Assembly (NCBI RefSeq): GCF_032062105.1
Contig: NW_026931372.1
Location: 310,001 to 374,000 of the forward strand
Source of the DNA: Saccostrea cucullata
Lineage: Eukaryota
DNA: 64,000 bases
Direction of reading: 5' to 3'
Part shown: positions 22,437 to 34,765 of the stretch, piece by piece
Numbering within the stretch: the stretch's first letter is position 1
Layout: each line of letters opens with the position of its first letter
Notes under the pieces: model-generated
Told to the model about the DNA's origin: nothing
The model's database searches: none
What the model saw: only the letters and a program-made list of their open reading frames with translations
Position numbers and translations under genes: made by a program

Positions 22437-25400
22437 TTACTCCATTTGTTCAACATCCCTCCTCTGTACAGTGCATTGTCTCTGTGAATTCCTTCTGACT
22501 CGGTACTCTTCAGTCATGAATAATATTTCTATCTCCTCCAGGGATTTATTTTTAGTCTCCGGCAGCAGGCAAAAAAGTGTAATCATTCCAACAAACGAAA
22601 TTCCTGAATACAGGAAAAATGTACCTGGAAATTGAATTCGATATTATTTTCAGTAGTCTTTCAGTGGCTTAAAAAGTCGTACAAATACATAATTAAATGC
22701 ATTAAGTGCTTTACATACAGTATGTAATTATCAATTAATGAAACTTTTCTTTACATTTTCCTCTTAAATATCTTAATTTGTTCCTCAAAGTAATATTTCA
22801 CTATTACAATTATGTATACAATTTTACCATAAGGAGTGATGGCTTCAAGAAGTGTCAAAAATGAAAACGAGACTCCCAGATTCGCCACCCAGTTGACTGC
22901 TGTTGCTATGGAAATTCCTGTTCCTCTCGCCCATAACGGGTAAATCTCTGAATTTATTGTCCAGGGATTTGGACCAAGTCCTGTAATATGAAAGGCAAAT
23001 TTTATTAGTATAATACATCTGGTAAATATGAAGGTCCAATCACCAACGATTCAAGAGTTATGGTCAAGGTTAATGTTTTCTAAAAGTGGTTCAAACGCCA
23101 AGGTCAAAGGTCAAAATATATTCATTTTACGTAGGTGAAGACCTTGTCATCCGAAATGCACATGCAACTGTTCTAAAAGTTATGGCAAAGGTTAAAGATT
23201 TTCAAAAGTGGGTCAAACTCAAAACTATTAATATTCACTGGAAGGTCTTGTCACAAGAAATATACTTGTGAAATCTCAGACGCATAATGCTTACTTTTCA
23301 AAGTAATAACCAAGGTTAAAGTTTTTAATGGGTCAAACTATAAGGTCGAGGTAAAAAGGACAAAAATGCATATACCCATGGGGAGAACATATCTGGATAC
23401 AATATGATGAAATATGAAAGCTCTAGCACCACTGTTTGAATGTTATGACTGAGGTTTAATTAATTTGAAAAAAATTTATGCAAAAGTTGGTCAAACTTCA
23501 GTCAAGAGGTTAGATATGTTGGTATCTCTCTGAAGAGGTCAGATATAAGGAAGGCCTTTTCACAATGAAAACACATGTGAAAAATGAAAGCCATAGGTGC
23601 AACCAATTTAAAGTTAAAGGCAAAGTTAAAGTTTTTGCAGACCAACTGAACAGACGGACAGGGCAAAAACAATATATCCCCGAATTGGCTTTGATTACAG
23701 GTTAACTTTTAAACATACGGATACTAATATATCACCTGGCGCGAACGACATGACAAAAAGTGCAAGTCCCAGAACGGCCATCCATGAGTAATCCGTTGGA
23801 CAGAAGTCATTGGCCCAGCCATAGTGTTTGGTGTGGTAGTTAGTCTGGTTACACAGAGACTCATTGTAATGAGTAGAGGAATTCACTCCGGGATCGGCAT
23901 ACCGCTCCGGATTATCCTTGTTCACGTGGAGGCAGAATCCAGACGTGTCTGGGTGATCCTTCTCCCAACAGAAGCCGCAGTTGTCATCCTTTATGCAAGT
24001 ACTACATGATCTGAAATACCAGCAGATAAATTTTATGTTTGTTAGAAGGACAATAATTATTTCAAAGAGGACCAAGGGCCTTAACAGTCATCCGAGTGTA
24101 ATGTACAAGTTTTGTTCCCCTTCACCCATTGATGATATAATCATGGTTCTGAGGTTCATTGAAGGAACTTAAAATGCTCAAGTTTACGATGGATACAACT
24201 GACGAAAAGGACGAATAGCAATATATAGGTCACCAAAGTAACTCAGGTAAACTTAGAATAGACACATGGTTGTAATACTGAAAATAATTGTTGATCATAT
24301 TGCAATACATCGTCAGCGAATTGATATGATATGTATAGAATCCGGATATGCATGAAACGTATTTTGGAATTTATCGTAAAAAAATGTATATACTAAAACA
24401 CGAAAAAAGTTACCATGGACCCCCCTGTAAAACGATGACCCCCCCCCCCCACCCCTGGTAAAGGGGAATACCGATGAATTAAACGATGGCGCCATGACAA
24501 GTTCAATGCGAAAGCGCGATGATGATGATGACGGTTGAGCGTTCTAGTGAACAAATGAACAGTTGCTTTACCTGATCGTTCCATGCACCATCGTCATTGC
24601 ATCAACTCGCCATCGCTAAATACATGTCATCGCATCATCGTCATTGCATTATCATTCTATAGCTTGATCTATCGATCAACCCAAACCTTGAAGGAGTGAT
24701 GAAGCGAAAGTGAACTACATATTCCTATCTGGATTCCATAGATTGAAGAGTGAACTATTGATCACGTGTGACTTTCCAACTATAAAATGGTTCAAAAGTA
24801 AAAGAAGTTGATTTTGTATGACTTTCCAATTATAAAATGTTTCAAAAGTAAAAGGTATACTGTGTTTTGACAAAATGCACATGTATCTATTACAGTTGAA
24901 AACTGTAAAATGATAATTACAGATACTTGGTGTGACAGATGGACGAATTGTCAAGATGGTGAGCAATAGTTGGAGAATGTTTATCTGAAAACCAAAATCC
25001 AAGTCCCAGAACAATCAATGCCACGATGATTCCTGACAAAGAAAAAATATTCTCATACTGTACATGTATATGAATTCACCTGTTTGGTAGTTTGTCTCAT
25101 AAAAAGAACGTAAAAGATGAAAAATTCGTGAAAATTTTTCTGGAAACTTTCTTGAAAAGAGCAGTGTGATTAAATATATAACGCGTCACGTGATTTTGCA
25201 GCAAGTATGCAGCAATCTTACAGGAAACATTTTTACACCATGCAAATGAATTTTGCTGTGTGTCTATTTTTCAAAGAAACCTTGCTGCACACTTACAGCC
25301 AACATTGCTGCAAGCCTGTTGCCTACATTGCTGCTAGCTGCAAGTTTGCAGAAAACATTCCTTGACCATAATTCATACAGAGAAACCATTTGTTTCAAAT

Positions 25401-28400
25401 GATGTAAGTTTCTGAAGTGTTGATAATTTTATGATCTTTATATTGCTTGACAATGTTCCCATCCTATTCAAAATCAAAGTGTATTTAACAAGAGGTAATC
25501 AGGTGTACATATTAAAGTGTAATATAAAATGTTTATTTCTGACATAAACAGAAAATTAAAGAATATTTGCATATGGTTTTATTTATAAAGCATATTCTTC
25601 TTTTTTTTTTTTTTTAAAAGAAAACCGTTTTTAACAGACTGCCTCCTACATGTTTTGGTGATTTGACTTGTTTACTGCTCTTGGGAACTTTCTTACATTC
25701 AATTTTTTAAATGTTTCCTGCGAATTACTGCCAAAAACAAATTGGTGTGCATATGTTTCTTGCAATGTCCCTGAAAACATGGTGAGTTCATGCAAAGGCT
25801 GTCTTAATTCCTGTTGTGTTTACCGCAAATTTGCAATTAATGACATTCATCAGAAAATTGTCCCTCTTTACCTACCAATAAAGCTGGCAAGAGTGAGAAT
25901 TCGTCGACCCGCCCTCTCCACTGCGTAGATGCCAATAAAAGTGAACAGGAAGTTAACCGCAAACGGAATACAAACCAACCAGATAGCTAGATCTGAAGGA
26001 AATCCAGACATTCGCAAAATAGTCCCACTGTAGTAACTAAAATCCAAAAAAAAATAATTAAAAGCTAAAGCAGTTTTTATTATACGTACATAACTACATA
26101 TGTTACATGTAGCTGCTACAAAAGACAATTCTTGGCAGTTTGAGGAATAGACATTTTTTTTAAAAGTTTGTTGGTATCCTAGACGCTACAACTCGTGCTT
26201 GAATAATTAGAACTGGTACTTTAGATTTCTACTGTAAAACAACTATTATTCATGGTTTGTCGGTTTGAAATCGAACTGCAAATTTAAGATTAATTTTCTA
26301 AGCTGGGGAATTATTTTACAGAAATACTCAATGTAATTAATAGTCCGTGGCGAGCTATATTCGCGAGTATAGGAAAGGTCGCAAAAGGAGAGAATTTTTT
26401 TCGAATGCGATTGAGGTTACTATATAGTAGTTGATTCATCCTTGATTGGAACAACGAACTCATTTAGCAGTTGAAAGGCCATGGTGAATATCTAAATAAT
26501 AACAATTTATATACAATGTTCTTTATTTATAGCTTGTTTAAGCTTTCCAAAAATAAAAGACTAGTACTCGTATTCCTACATGACAGTGTTGATTCCACTG
26601 AGTTGTCCAAACAGTTGTAGTAGACATCCCACCAACAAGGCGCGTCTGACCGGTTGGGTCTTCCAGATCAACAGGAAGGCTTGAAAGAAGTCTGTTGTAT
26701 AATGAAGAGAATAAATAGGTCAATAATTCTGAAACATTGATGAGAGCTTCAGCTTATGGAACATTTTGTTAAAATCCGTAACTCATTTTTACATGTGCTG
26801 TAAATCGATCACCTTTTATTCGCGAGAACTTTATTTTCGTATAATTCTCGCGAAAATTTCATTCTCGCGTGTACTGTAAACAAGGTTATATTTTCGCCCT
26901 TTTCACATTTTTTGAAACAAGTGTGCCCCGTTTTAAATTTTCCCAGAGAGATTTCTGTTGAAGAAATTATACTGTTTTTATGCTATATTCGTCCCATTTT
27001 AAAAATTCGCTCACTTAAATTCTGATGAGGGTGAAAGGGGCGAAAATAAAACGGGGCGAAACTTTCTCTATACACAGTATGGCATGTATAAATGTTTTTA
27101 CAAAAACTTCTTGTTTCGAAAATTTTGTTTGGCTTATAAATATCAAATGATATCTCGCAAAAATAAGGCATCGCGAAAATACATTGTTCTACAGTATTCC
27201 TTTACTTCGCCATTTTCTGCTTCATAGACTGCGTACTATCTGCTGTATGTAGAAGTTTTTGATTTATAGTCCCACCAATTTTATTCATGGAATGCTGGTA
27301 TATTTTTGAACGTCCTGAATTGAAAGTCATAGGCAATGGTACTGGTGATGCAGAAATTTTCTTTCATTATTTTATATATACTCACTATATTTGTTTTCCT
27401 CTTCCATTTCTCTCACAGATTGTTGAATATGATTAAGTTCAAGGGTCACGTCCCCTGATCCACGTATTCTTTCTAGGGCGGATCTTGCTTCTTTTTCGCG
27501 TCTTTTGGCAATCAACCATCGAGGACTTTCGGGAAGGAAGAAGAATCCAAAAAACTGAATCACACTGGGCACAGCGGCTAGTCCCAACATGTACCTTAAA
27601 ATATTGTAGGCTTTAGAAGGAAATTTTAAATAATATACAGTACTTACTCGATTTCTATTTTCATACGAAATGAAGATCAGACGTTAAGTTTTGTTAAATA
27701 CTACGTACAATACATTGTGCTGGGATTTAAGCCTATAAGAACAAATACCTGAATAAAACTTTAAAAGGAAAGAGTGAAAATGAAATATTTCTCGTGATTA
27801 TTTTTGTACTTTTTGTGCATTTTAAATTTAAACCTTAGTAAGTTATACATGTACATGCGGCACCGTAAACTGCGACTATGTAGATACGAATAAACATTCA
27901 AAGTTGAACTAAGAGATTGGTAACTGTACAATCATGTACCTCCATCCGTTTTCTTTATCAGTACTGAAAGCTCCAGCCACAATACTGGACAGAAGAATCC
28001 CTATAGTGATGAAAAGCTGGTTCATTGTAACCAGAGATCCCCGGATATTCGTTGGTGCGGCTTCAGCAATGTAAACAGGTACAGACATAGAAGCAAACCC
28101 TGTAGTATACCAATATATCAAAATATATACAAAGTTCTCAATATTAGTGATAAAATAACTACACGTTTATAGATTTAATATGATTTTCCTTAGTGGTTTG
28201 GTGTAAAATAAATAACGTAAAAGGAATAATAAATGCAAATTGAGTTTTTGAAATAATGCCAAGGGAAATTGTTTATCAATTTGGTCATATTGTATGCATT
28301 TTTTCTTATAATCATACCGGTATCTTTTTTACGTAATATGTGATTACTGATTATGTACATTTATCTATTTCTAGTTCACGTGTACGACTTTTAGGTGCAG

Positions 28401-29231
28401 AGAATATACATGTACTTGAAAAAATAATAATAACAAAAAATAATCAGCGGATTTTTATCTAATTTGAATGGCATATTCTATCAAATTAGAAAAATGTACA
28501 TTCATTTTAAACGTTACATAACTTATATAGTGTAAATGTTATTGTTCGGTACCAAGATGAATTTAGAATGAGTATTTAAAAAGGATGATCTGAAATCCTC
28601 TATAAAGTACTCGTATGTCAGGATTAATCCCCTCTAACCATTTTAATTTTAGTTTTTTTAAATAACTTTTTATTCACAATTTTTCGAATCAAGTCATACA
28701 TGTTGTTTGAAATTTACATTTTTAGAAAAAAAAAAATAATTTTTTTGCCTTTACTAGTATATCAAGGGAATTTGATAAAGGATTTTAGACTTGTAGCAAG
28801 TTATTTGAGAAATGCTTGCACAAAGCTCTCTTTTTTTTACTACTAAATTTATTTTTACCTATTCCTGCTCCAACTATAAGTCTTCCAACGAGCAAAACCT
28901 CTTTCGTATCAGTGGGTGAAACTGCCATAACCACCGCGCCAACAGTGAACACGAAGCTGGCGAGCATAATCACCACTTTTCTGCCTAGCTTGTCTACCAG
29001 AGTTCCTGAAATAAGAGCAAAAATGGCGGCGGCTCCAATGGTGGCGCTGACGATTGCTTCCTGCCATACAGACGACAACTGGAAGTCATCCTTGATCAAC
29101 AACATGGATCCGGAGACTATTCCAGTATCATATCCAAAGAGGAGTCCACCCAGTGCCGCCATACAAGTCAGAAATATAACGAAACATTTCGAATCTGATT
29201 GATTTATGAGAGGTGTTGACTCAACTTCCAT
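22437..29231 (-). CDS. SLC2A13: Proton myo-inositol cotransporter (HMIT/GLUT13), copy A, 9 exons, 580 aa
   Basis: Exons in transcription order: 29231-28859, 28099-27940, 27594-27386, 26691-26580, 26036-25876, 25032-24921, 24010-23736, 22980-22828, 22624-22437 (1743 nt, no stops or frameshifts). Sugar-porter motifs: [62 protein letters not shown]-type Cys-rich loop: [20 protein letters not shown]. Confidence 0.95.
23015..23695 (-). mobile_element. Degraded HINE-like element (TCAAGGTCA repeat family) in SLC2A13-A intron 7
   Basis: Repeated gtcaaact..aaggtcaa and gttatggc..aaggttaaag motifs ending in acagacggacag. Same family as 59208-60160. Confidence 0.6.
26797..27196. mobile_element. Nested pair of TA-flanked MITEs in SLC2A13-A intron 3
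   Basis: Inner element tactgtaaacaaggttatattttcgcccc...ggggcgaaactttctctatacacagta (~26872-27079) lies inside an outer tcgcga-rich element ending cgcgaaaatacattgttctacagta. The same two families are adjacent at ~39888-40290. Confidence 0.55.
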
Positions 29232-29412
29232 GTCGAATAACTATACGACACTTTTACAAACAAGCCTTTGTATATATCTCTTTTTGAAAATATTAAATCC
29301 TCTTTGAATACCTAAAACATTTATGTTACATCCCAAAGTACAATTAGTGTTCTCCTCCGATAATTTACTTGTGCTTTGATTTTTACATCTATATACGCTG
29401 ATAAAAATCAAA

Positions 29413-29459
29413 TTTATAAATCTTGTGACTGAACAAAAACTCCCATCTTATCACGTGAT
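29413..29459 (-). promoter_or_regulatory. Candidate SLC2A13-A core promoter: TATA box plus CLEAR/M-box-type E-box
   Basis: TATAAA on the minus strand at 29418-29413. Palindrome ATCACGTGAT at 29450-29459, ~220 bp upstream of the ATG. Confidence 0.4.
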
Positions 29460-29967
29460 TCAGCGCTCACCTTTTTGCATTTGGAAGAACTAAAACGATT
29501 TTCTTTGTGATGATTTCCACTTTAGCATGTTAATACTAAGATATATAGAAGCAATTTGGGTCATTTTTTTTAATTAAAGAATTTTTTTTTTTTTTTGCGA
29601 AAGTATCGGTCGTGGATGTATATATGGAACATACCAGGACGTCGAGTTTGGATCCCCCTTTTTATAATTTTATTTATTTATTATAATTTATTTATTTAGT
29701 GGGTTTTTTTTTTTGGGGGGGGGTATCGTTGGTTTTTGTTGTTGTTGTTGTTGTTGTTTTTCTTTTTTTTACGTATAGAATACAATAATGCATTTTTTTC
29801 AATACATATTTTGCAAGCTCCTTATTTTTAGCCGTAACGTCAACCAAACGTTTTAGGAATGCTTACTCCTCCTAGGCACCTAATCCTTATACTGGAATTT
29901 CCAGGGGGTCCTTGTGTGTGTCCTCTTCAAAGAGTTTTCATTGTTTAAAGATTTGTAGCGTCTCCAT

Positions 29968-30021
29968 ATGAGTGAAAAATTCTCGAGAGAGACGTTAAAC
30001 AACATACAATCAATCAATCAA
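29968..30021 (+). mobile_element. 3' end fragment of a SINE-like element with (CAAT)n tail
   Basis: atgagtgaaaaattctcgagagagacgttaaacaacatacaatcaatcaatcaa resembles bivalve SINE 3' ends (from recall, not searched). Confidence 0.45.
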
Positions 30022-30467
30022 TTCAATAGGACACCCCTTCTACAGTTTTAGTTTGATTGCAATTAATCTTTCCAAAAAAGAGACTAAAGTATAATTATCC
30101 TCTTCAAAGATTTTTCATTGTTTAAAGATTTTAATCACATCGATTACAGGACGTTTTCTTTATCCTTTCTCTTTCATTGTACATAAATAAAAGTCCCCTG
30201 TCATCTTCTACTTGTAATTCTCTCTTTCCAGTGAGTGAGTCTATCGACTCATTTCTGTGGCCATACACCACTGATGCCCTAATCGGACCATCAGTTTTAC
30301 ACGTACTTACCATAATATACTACGTAGATATAAAATATTACCGTATTGATAAATTTTGCTTTTAAATAAACACCACTTATCCTTTTGTACTATAGTATTG
30401 ATTGTATATATTTCCGGGAGTAAAACGGGTATTCAGACATTGGTGTTTAAAATCGTTCTTGTAACAC

Positions 30468-30514
30468 CAGGGACATACCGGTATATACTATATGCACTAG
30501 TATATAGGTCTCTG
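30468..30514. mobile_element. 47-bp mini TIR element with 7-bp TSD
   Basis: CAGGGAC..tatatacta..tagtatata..GTCTCTG flanked by GTAACAC (30461-30467, 30515-30521). Confidence 0.75.
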
Positions 30515-30560
30515 GTAACACTATAAAAGACGGGCGTTAGTTTTTGATCATTTTAGCCAT

Positions 30561-31058
30561 CAGCCACTAAGCATCGTTTTTGAAAGTGGGGGGGGGGGGG
30601 TTAGCCAGAGAATTTTTTTTTTACTTACCTGAGTAAGTTGACAAGCAAAAAAAAAAAAATGAAAAAAAAGAAAAGTTGCCTAAGTCGAAATTCCTATTTC
30701 GGGGGATGGGGGTGGGTTAGAGGCCAATTTTTTACAGTACCATTTTTTTTTACATGTATACTACGTTTTTCTTAGATAACATAAAGTTGGGGGGGGGGGG
30801 CAACCCCACTTTTTTTCCAACATTACTTATACTATAGGAAAGGTCCCTTGAAAGCTGGTGCCCCCCCCCCCCCCCTCCGAAATAGAATTTTCGATTTTGG
30901 CAGTTTTCTTTCCCCCACCCCCTTTTTTTGTTTTTGCTTGTCAACTTATTCAGGCAGGGACCTATATTAGTACATAGGTCCCTGATTCAGGTAAGTAAAA
31001 AAATTTTCTCTGTCTGCCCCCCCCTCCCCCCACTTTCAAAAACGATGCTACGTGGCTG
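30561..31058. mobile_element. ~500-bp inverted-repeat element with G/C-run arms (hAT-like MITE) upstream of the GST
   Basis: cagccactaagcatcgtttttgaaagtgggg..acttacctgagtaagttgacaagcaaaaa pairs with tttttgcttgtcaacttattcagg..taagt..ccccactttcaaaaacgatgctacgtggctg. TSD not clear. Confidence 0.75.
30955..30984. mobile_element. 30-bp mini TIR element with 7-bp TSD, nested in the 30561-31058 element
   Basis: CAGGGACCTATattagtacATAGGTCCCTG flanked by ATTCAGG (30948-30954, 30985-30991). The opposite arm of the host lacks the insert. Confidence 0.85.
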
Positions 31059-31451
31059 ATTTTAAAACTAGTATACTATAGGTCATTGACATAAACTATA
31101 TGATGTAGTTACAGTTCGTGCATGCTAAATTTATGGAATGGCATCATTTTTAACAATATTGAAAACCGCGCGCGCTCTCTCACTGCATTCTTGCACCCAT
31201 ATAAGGACACACCAGATTGAAAATCCTGCATAAAATCAATTATCATTTGTTTGTGCTAGTTTAACTCGGTTTTATTTAATCTCTGTAAGTGTACATATCG
31301 CAAATTATATGCCCCTGCATCTTATCTTGAAGGCTTTGTTAACCTCTTTAGAAGTTTAAATATCCATCGGGCTCGGAGAAGGAATTCCGATAGGTGCACT
31401 GTGCAGCCGCTTTCAGCTTTGTTTAGAGGAGTAAAAGATACCTTTTTCATC

Positions 31452-34400
31452 ATGCCGTCCCTTGGATACTGGAAAATTAGAGGGGTAAATTAAATTCATA
31501 ATCTGAAATTAGTTTTCATACAAAATGAAGTAAAACGTACGCAGGTCAACTTGCAAGTGCGCGATGCACCTTTGATTATCAGCAAGTTACGTAATATGCT
31601 ATCGTGCCGGTAGTTTTATTATGAAGTAACCCCGTCAGTGTGCGTTTTGAAAATATTTTAAGTAAAAAAACCATAAGCTTTGCCAAAAATCTGATCTTTT
31701 GACCAAATTATGAAAATAAAAACCCTCTGCCTTTTTGTGAGACCGACGGTGTATACCCTTAATCGCCACCAAGCTTATTGGGTCCATGATTATGTTCCTA
31801 CAACATGTACAATGGTCTAACTTTATAGAGTGAAAACTGCAGATTTTCTTCTTGATTATTGAACATGTCTATGCATTAGACTTACTTTTTCCTATTTCTC
31901 TTAATTTCAGCTTGCACAACCTATTAGATTGTTGTTAAATTATGTTGGAGAAGAATTTGATGATGTCCAGTATGAGCAGGGCGATGGTTTGTAACCTCAT
32001 CTTAGTTTTAATGCGATATTTAGCTTCAATAAAAAAAAAAAAGTTCAAACAAGTCTGTTGAGTCTTATTTCAAAGTTTATAAATCAAGTTTTGAGTGAAC
32101 TGAACATGAACTTAATATTTTTTTTCTGATAATTTCAGCACCAGAGTACAGCCGGGATGCCTGGTTGTCTGTTAAAGACACGCTAGGACTAGCTTTTCCT
32201 AATGTGAGTATATAGTGTTTTTTTTCACATTTGCTTGTCTTTATTCAATCGGTTGAATTTTTTTTGGGGGGGGGGAATACATACCCATAACTGAGAATAA
32301 TATAAAGAAAATACATGATGACAGATGATGTACATGTATGTGGTATAAAACTCGGTTATAAAGAAGTCACTGGGACCTATGGAATTCTTTCACTATATAT
32401 GTAATCCGTTATATCCGTATAATGAATTTGTGAAATATATACAGCTGGGGATCCAAGATAACTTCGCTATATCCGAAAATTCACAAAATCTGTGTTCGTG
32501 TGAATCAAGTTTTACTGTATACAGTGAAAACTGTCTAATCCCTTATCATGCAGTCACACTGTGAATTTTGACCTTAAATTTCTTTCCTATTTCACCATTT
32601 TCTCATGTGTTTTACACTGTGCAATCTGACACCCTGTCTATTCCGACACAAAATTTGTCTCCCAGTGCAGGTCTGATAAAACAGGTCTCACTGTATATAT
32701 CAAATAGTCGCCGAGACCCTCATTTGCCATTAATAATGATATGGGTCCAATCCTTGAGTGAATTTCTAAAATATAAAAGACAAATGATTTATTTACTATG
32801 TTTCAGCTTCCATACTACATTGATGGGGACATCAAAATCACCCAGAGTAACACAATCCTTAGGTACATTGGGGATAAGCACAATCTCTGTAAGTAAAGTA
32901 CACGTCTTATAATAAATCAAGGTAAAGAATTCAAGAAATTACTGTAAAACTTGTTTAATTTGGATGTTATGCATTCCGAAATCTTGTTTAGCATGATTTA
33001 CCATAATTTTTTAGTTCCTTTCAATAAGTTCTATCTTAATTTTTTGAGATCTTGGCTAATATGATGTTATTTTTTAAGTCCCTTTCAATAAGTTCTATCT
33101 TAAATTGTTTAAAATCTTGGCTAATCCAAAATGTTGTCTTATCTGACCAATTTCTGTGGAATCATTGGGGTCTGCATTTGACAAGTTTTACTGTATAATA
33201 GCATATGTCTGTTCATTACATAAAGTAAAGATTCATAGAAGCTGAAATTCTAGTCCCTTTTGCAAAATGTCACGCATGCTAAAACAGTTGGGCTGTTTTG
33301 TAAATAAGTTTATATTATCCTTAGTGGGTAAGCTCGTCCAAAGACTTGATTACAATTTTTTCTGTTTTAATTACTACACTGGGTAAGCTAGCCCCCAACA
33401 TTTATTACAATTTTTCTGCTTTGATAACAGTGGGTAAGTCTGCCCATGAGAAAGTGGACTGTGATATGATGGTAGAGAATGCTATGGACTTCAGGAACGG
33501 GGTCGTACGACTGTGTTACAACAGGGACTATGTGAGTAATATTTAACAATTTAAATTGAATTGATAAGCAGAGAATAAACATTTTATTTTACAATTTTAT
33601 ACATCTGTCATTTTTAGGAATAAATATTTGAGAAAGCTAAAAATCAATGACAGTTATTCTTTTCCTTTTATATTCATTAAAGTGATTTAATTATTCTATA
33701 AACATGATAAAGGCTTGTACAATTATATTTAGATGTGTTTAAATAATGTACCTGGTAAAACATACATATTAGTCAAACTTGGATATCTAAAAGACTGATA
33801 TCTCAAATACCTTATTCCTCTGATATCTCGAAGTATGTTTTTCCTTGCCCCATCAAATTGAATATGAGTATATATATGTAGATTTAATAGATTGATCATG
33901 GTTTGACTGTATGTATCTAACACAGCCTAGAACCATGTCAAAATGTGTTTGACATTAAGAATAATAAATTTATTAACATTTAATGTAAGGAATAATGGAC
34001 ATATTATAGCATTATTGGCTGACCTAAAGTTTTTGTCCCACTTTAAAATACCATATAATAGGGATTATATGATACAGTGTACCGTAAAATATGTATTTTA
34101 TGAATTTATATGAATACAAATCTCTTTCATTTCTCTTTTGTACAGGAGAAGCTTAAAGAAGATTACTTTAACAATGTCAAGGACAAACTCAAATCGTTCG
34201 AATCATTCCTCGGAAGTAAACCTTGGTTTGCTGGAGAAAATGTAAGTGATCCCACTGTATGAGTGATTGAAGTGGTTGCAAAAAGAGTTGCCTCTCTTTA
34301 TGTTGATTCTAAAATTATTTTATTAATAACTTCATTGTTTTGAAATGAAAAGCTTTTAAAAAAAAATTTTAAGCAATGTTCATTTACATATCGATTTGTT

Positions 34401-34765
34401 TATGTACATAACATGAACACATTTTACAGGAAAAGAATTACATTTCACAATGCAGAAACAAACGTTATTAAAGTTTCTTTTGTGAAAAATTACAATGTTT
34501 ATAAAGGTGCATTTTAGTGTGAAAGATTTCCAAAAGTCTGAAAGTTTCGGTAATATCATCTAACTTTCAGATAACGATCTGCGACTTCCCTATGTACGAG
34601 CTGTTGGACCAACACAAACTGATGAAGCCAGGAATTTTGGACGACTTCCCGAACCTCGTCAAGTTCACCGAGAGGTTCGAGGCTCTCCCGAAAATCAAGG
34701 CCTACATGGCGTCGGACAAATTCATGAGGAGACCTGTCAACAACAAAGTCGCAGGATTCAAGTGA
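31452..34765 (+). CDS. GSTM: Glutathione S-transferase, mu class, 7 exons, 215 aa
   Basis: Exons 31452-31484, 31911-31986, 32139-32203, 32807-32888, 33431-33531, 34146-34241, 34571-34765 (648 nt). Translation: [93 protein letters not shown]. Catalytic Tyr and mu-loop are present. None of the ORF-track entries covers it properly. Confidence 0.96.
32345..32696. mobile_element. Two adjacent Tc1/mariner-type MITEs in GST intron 3
   Basis: ..aaaactcggttata...caagttttactg|ta, followed by ta|cagtgaaaactgtcta...aaacaggtctcactg|ta. A third degraded copy lies at ~32940-33195. Confidence 0.55.

Noticed and set aside
24305-24720. CpG-rich stretch with repeated catcg/cgatg motifs and two short ORFs
   Set aside because: Probably a TE relic, but I could not define TIRs or a TSD. 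The ORFs are low-complexity with no recognisable domain.
27022-27036. CTGATGA..GAAA hammerhead ribozyme core-like string
   Set aside because: Stems II and III cannot form; lies inside a MITE arm.
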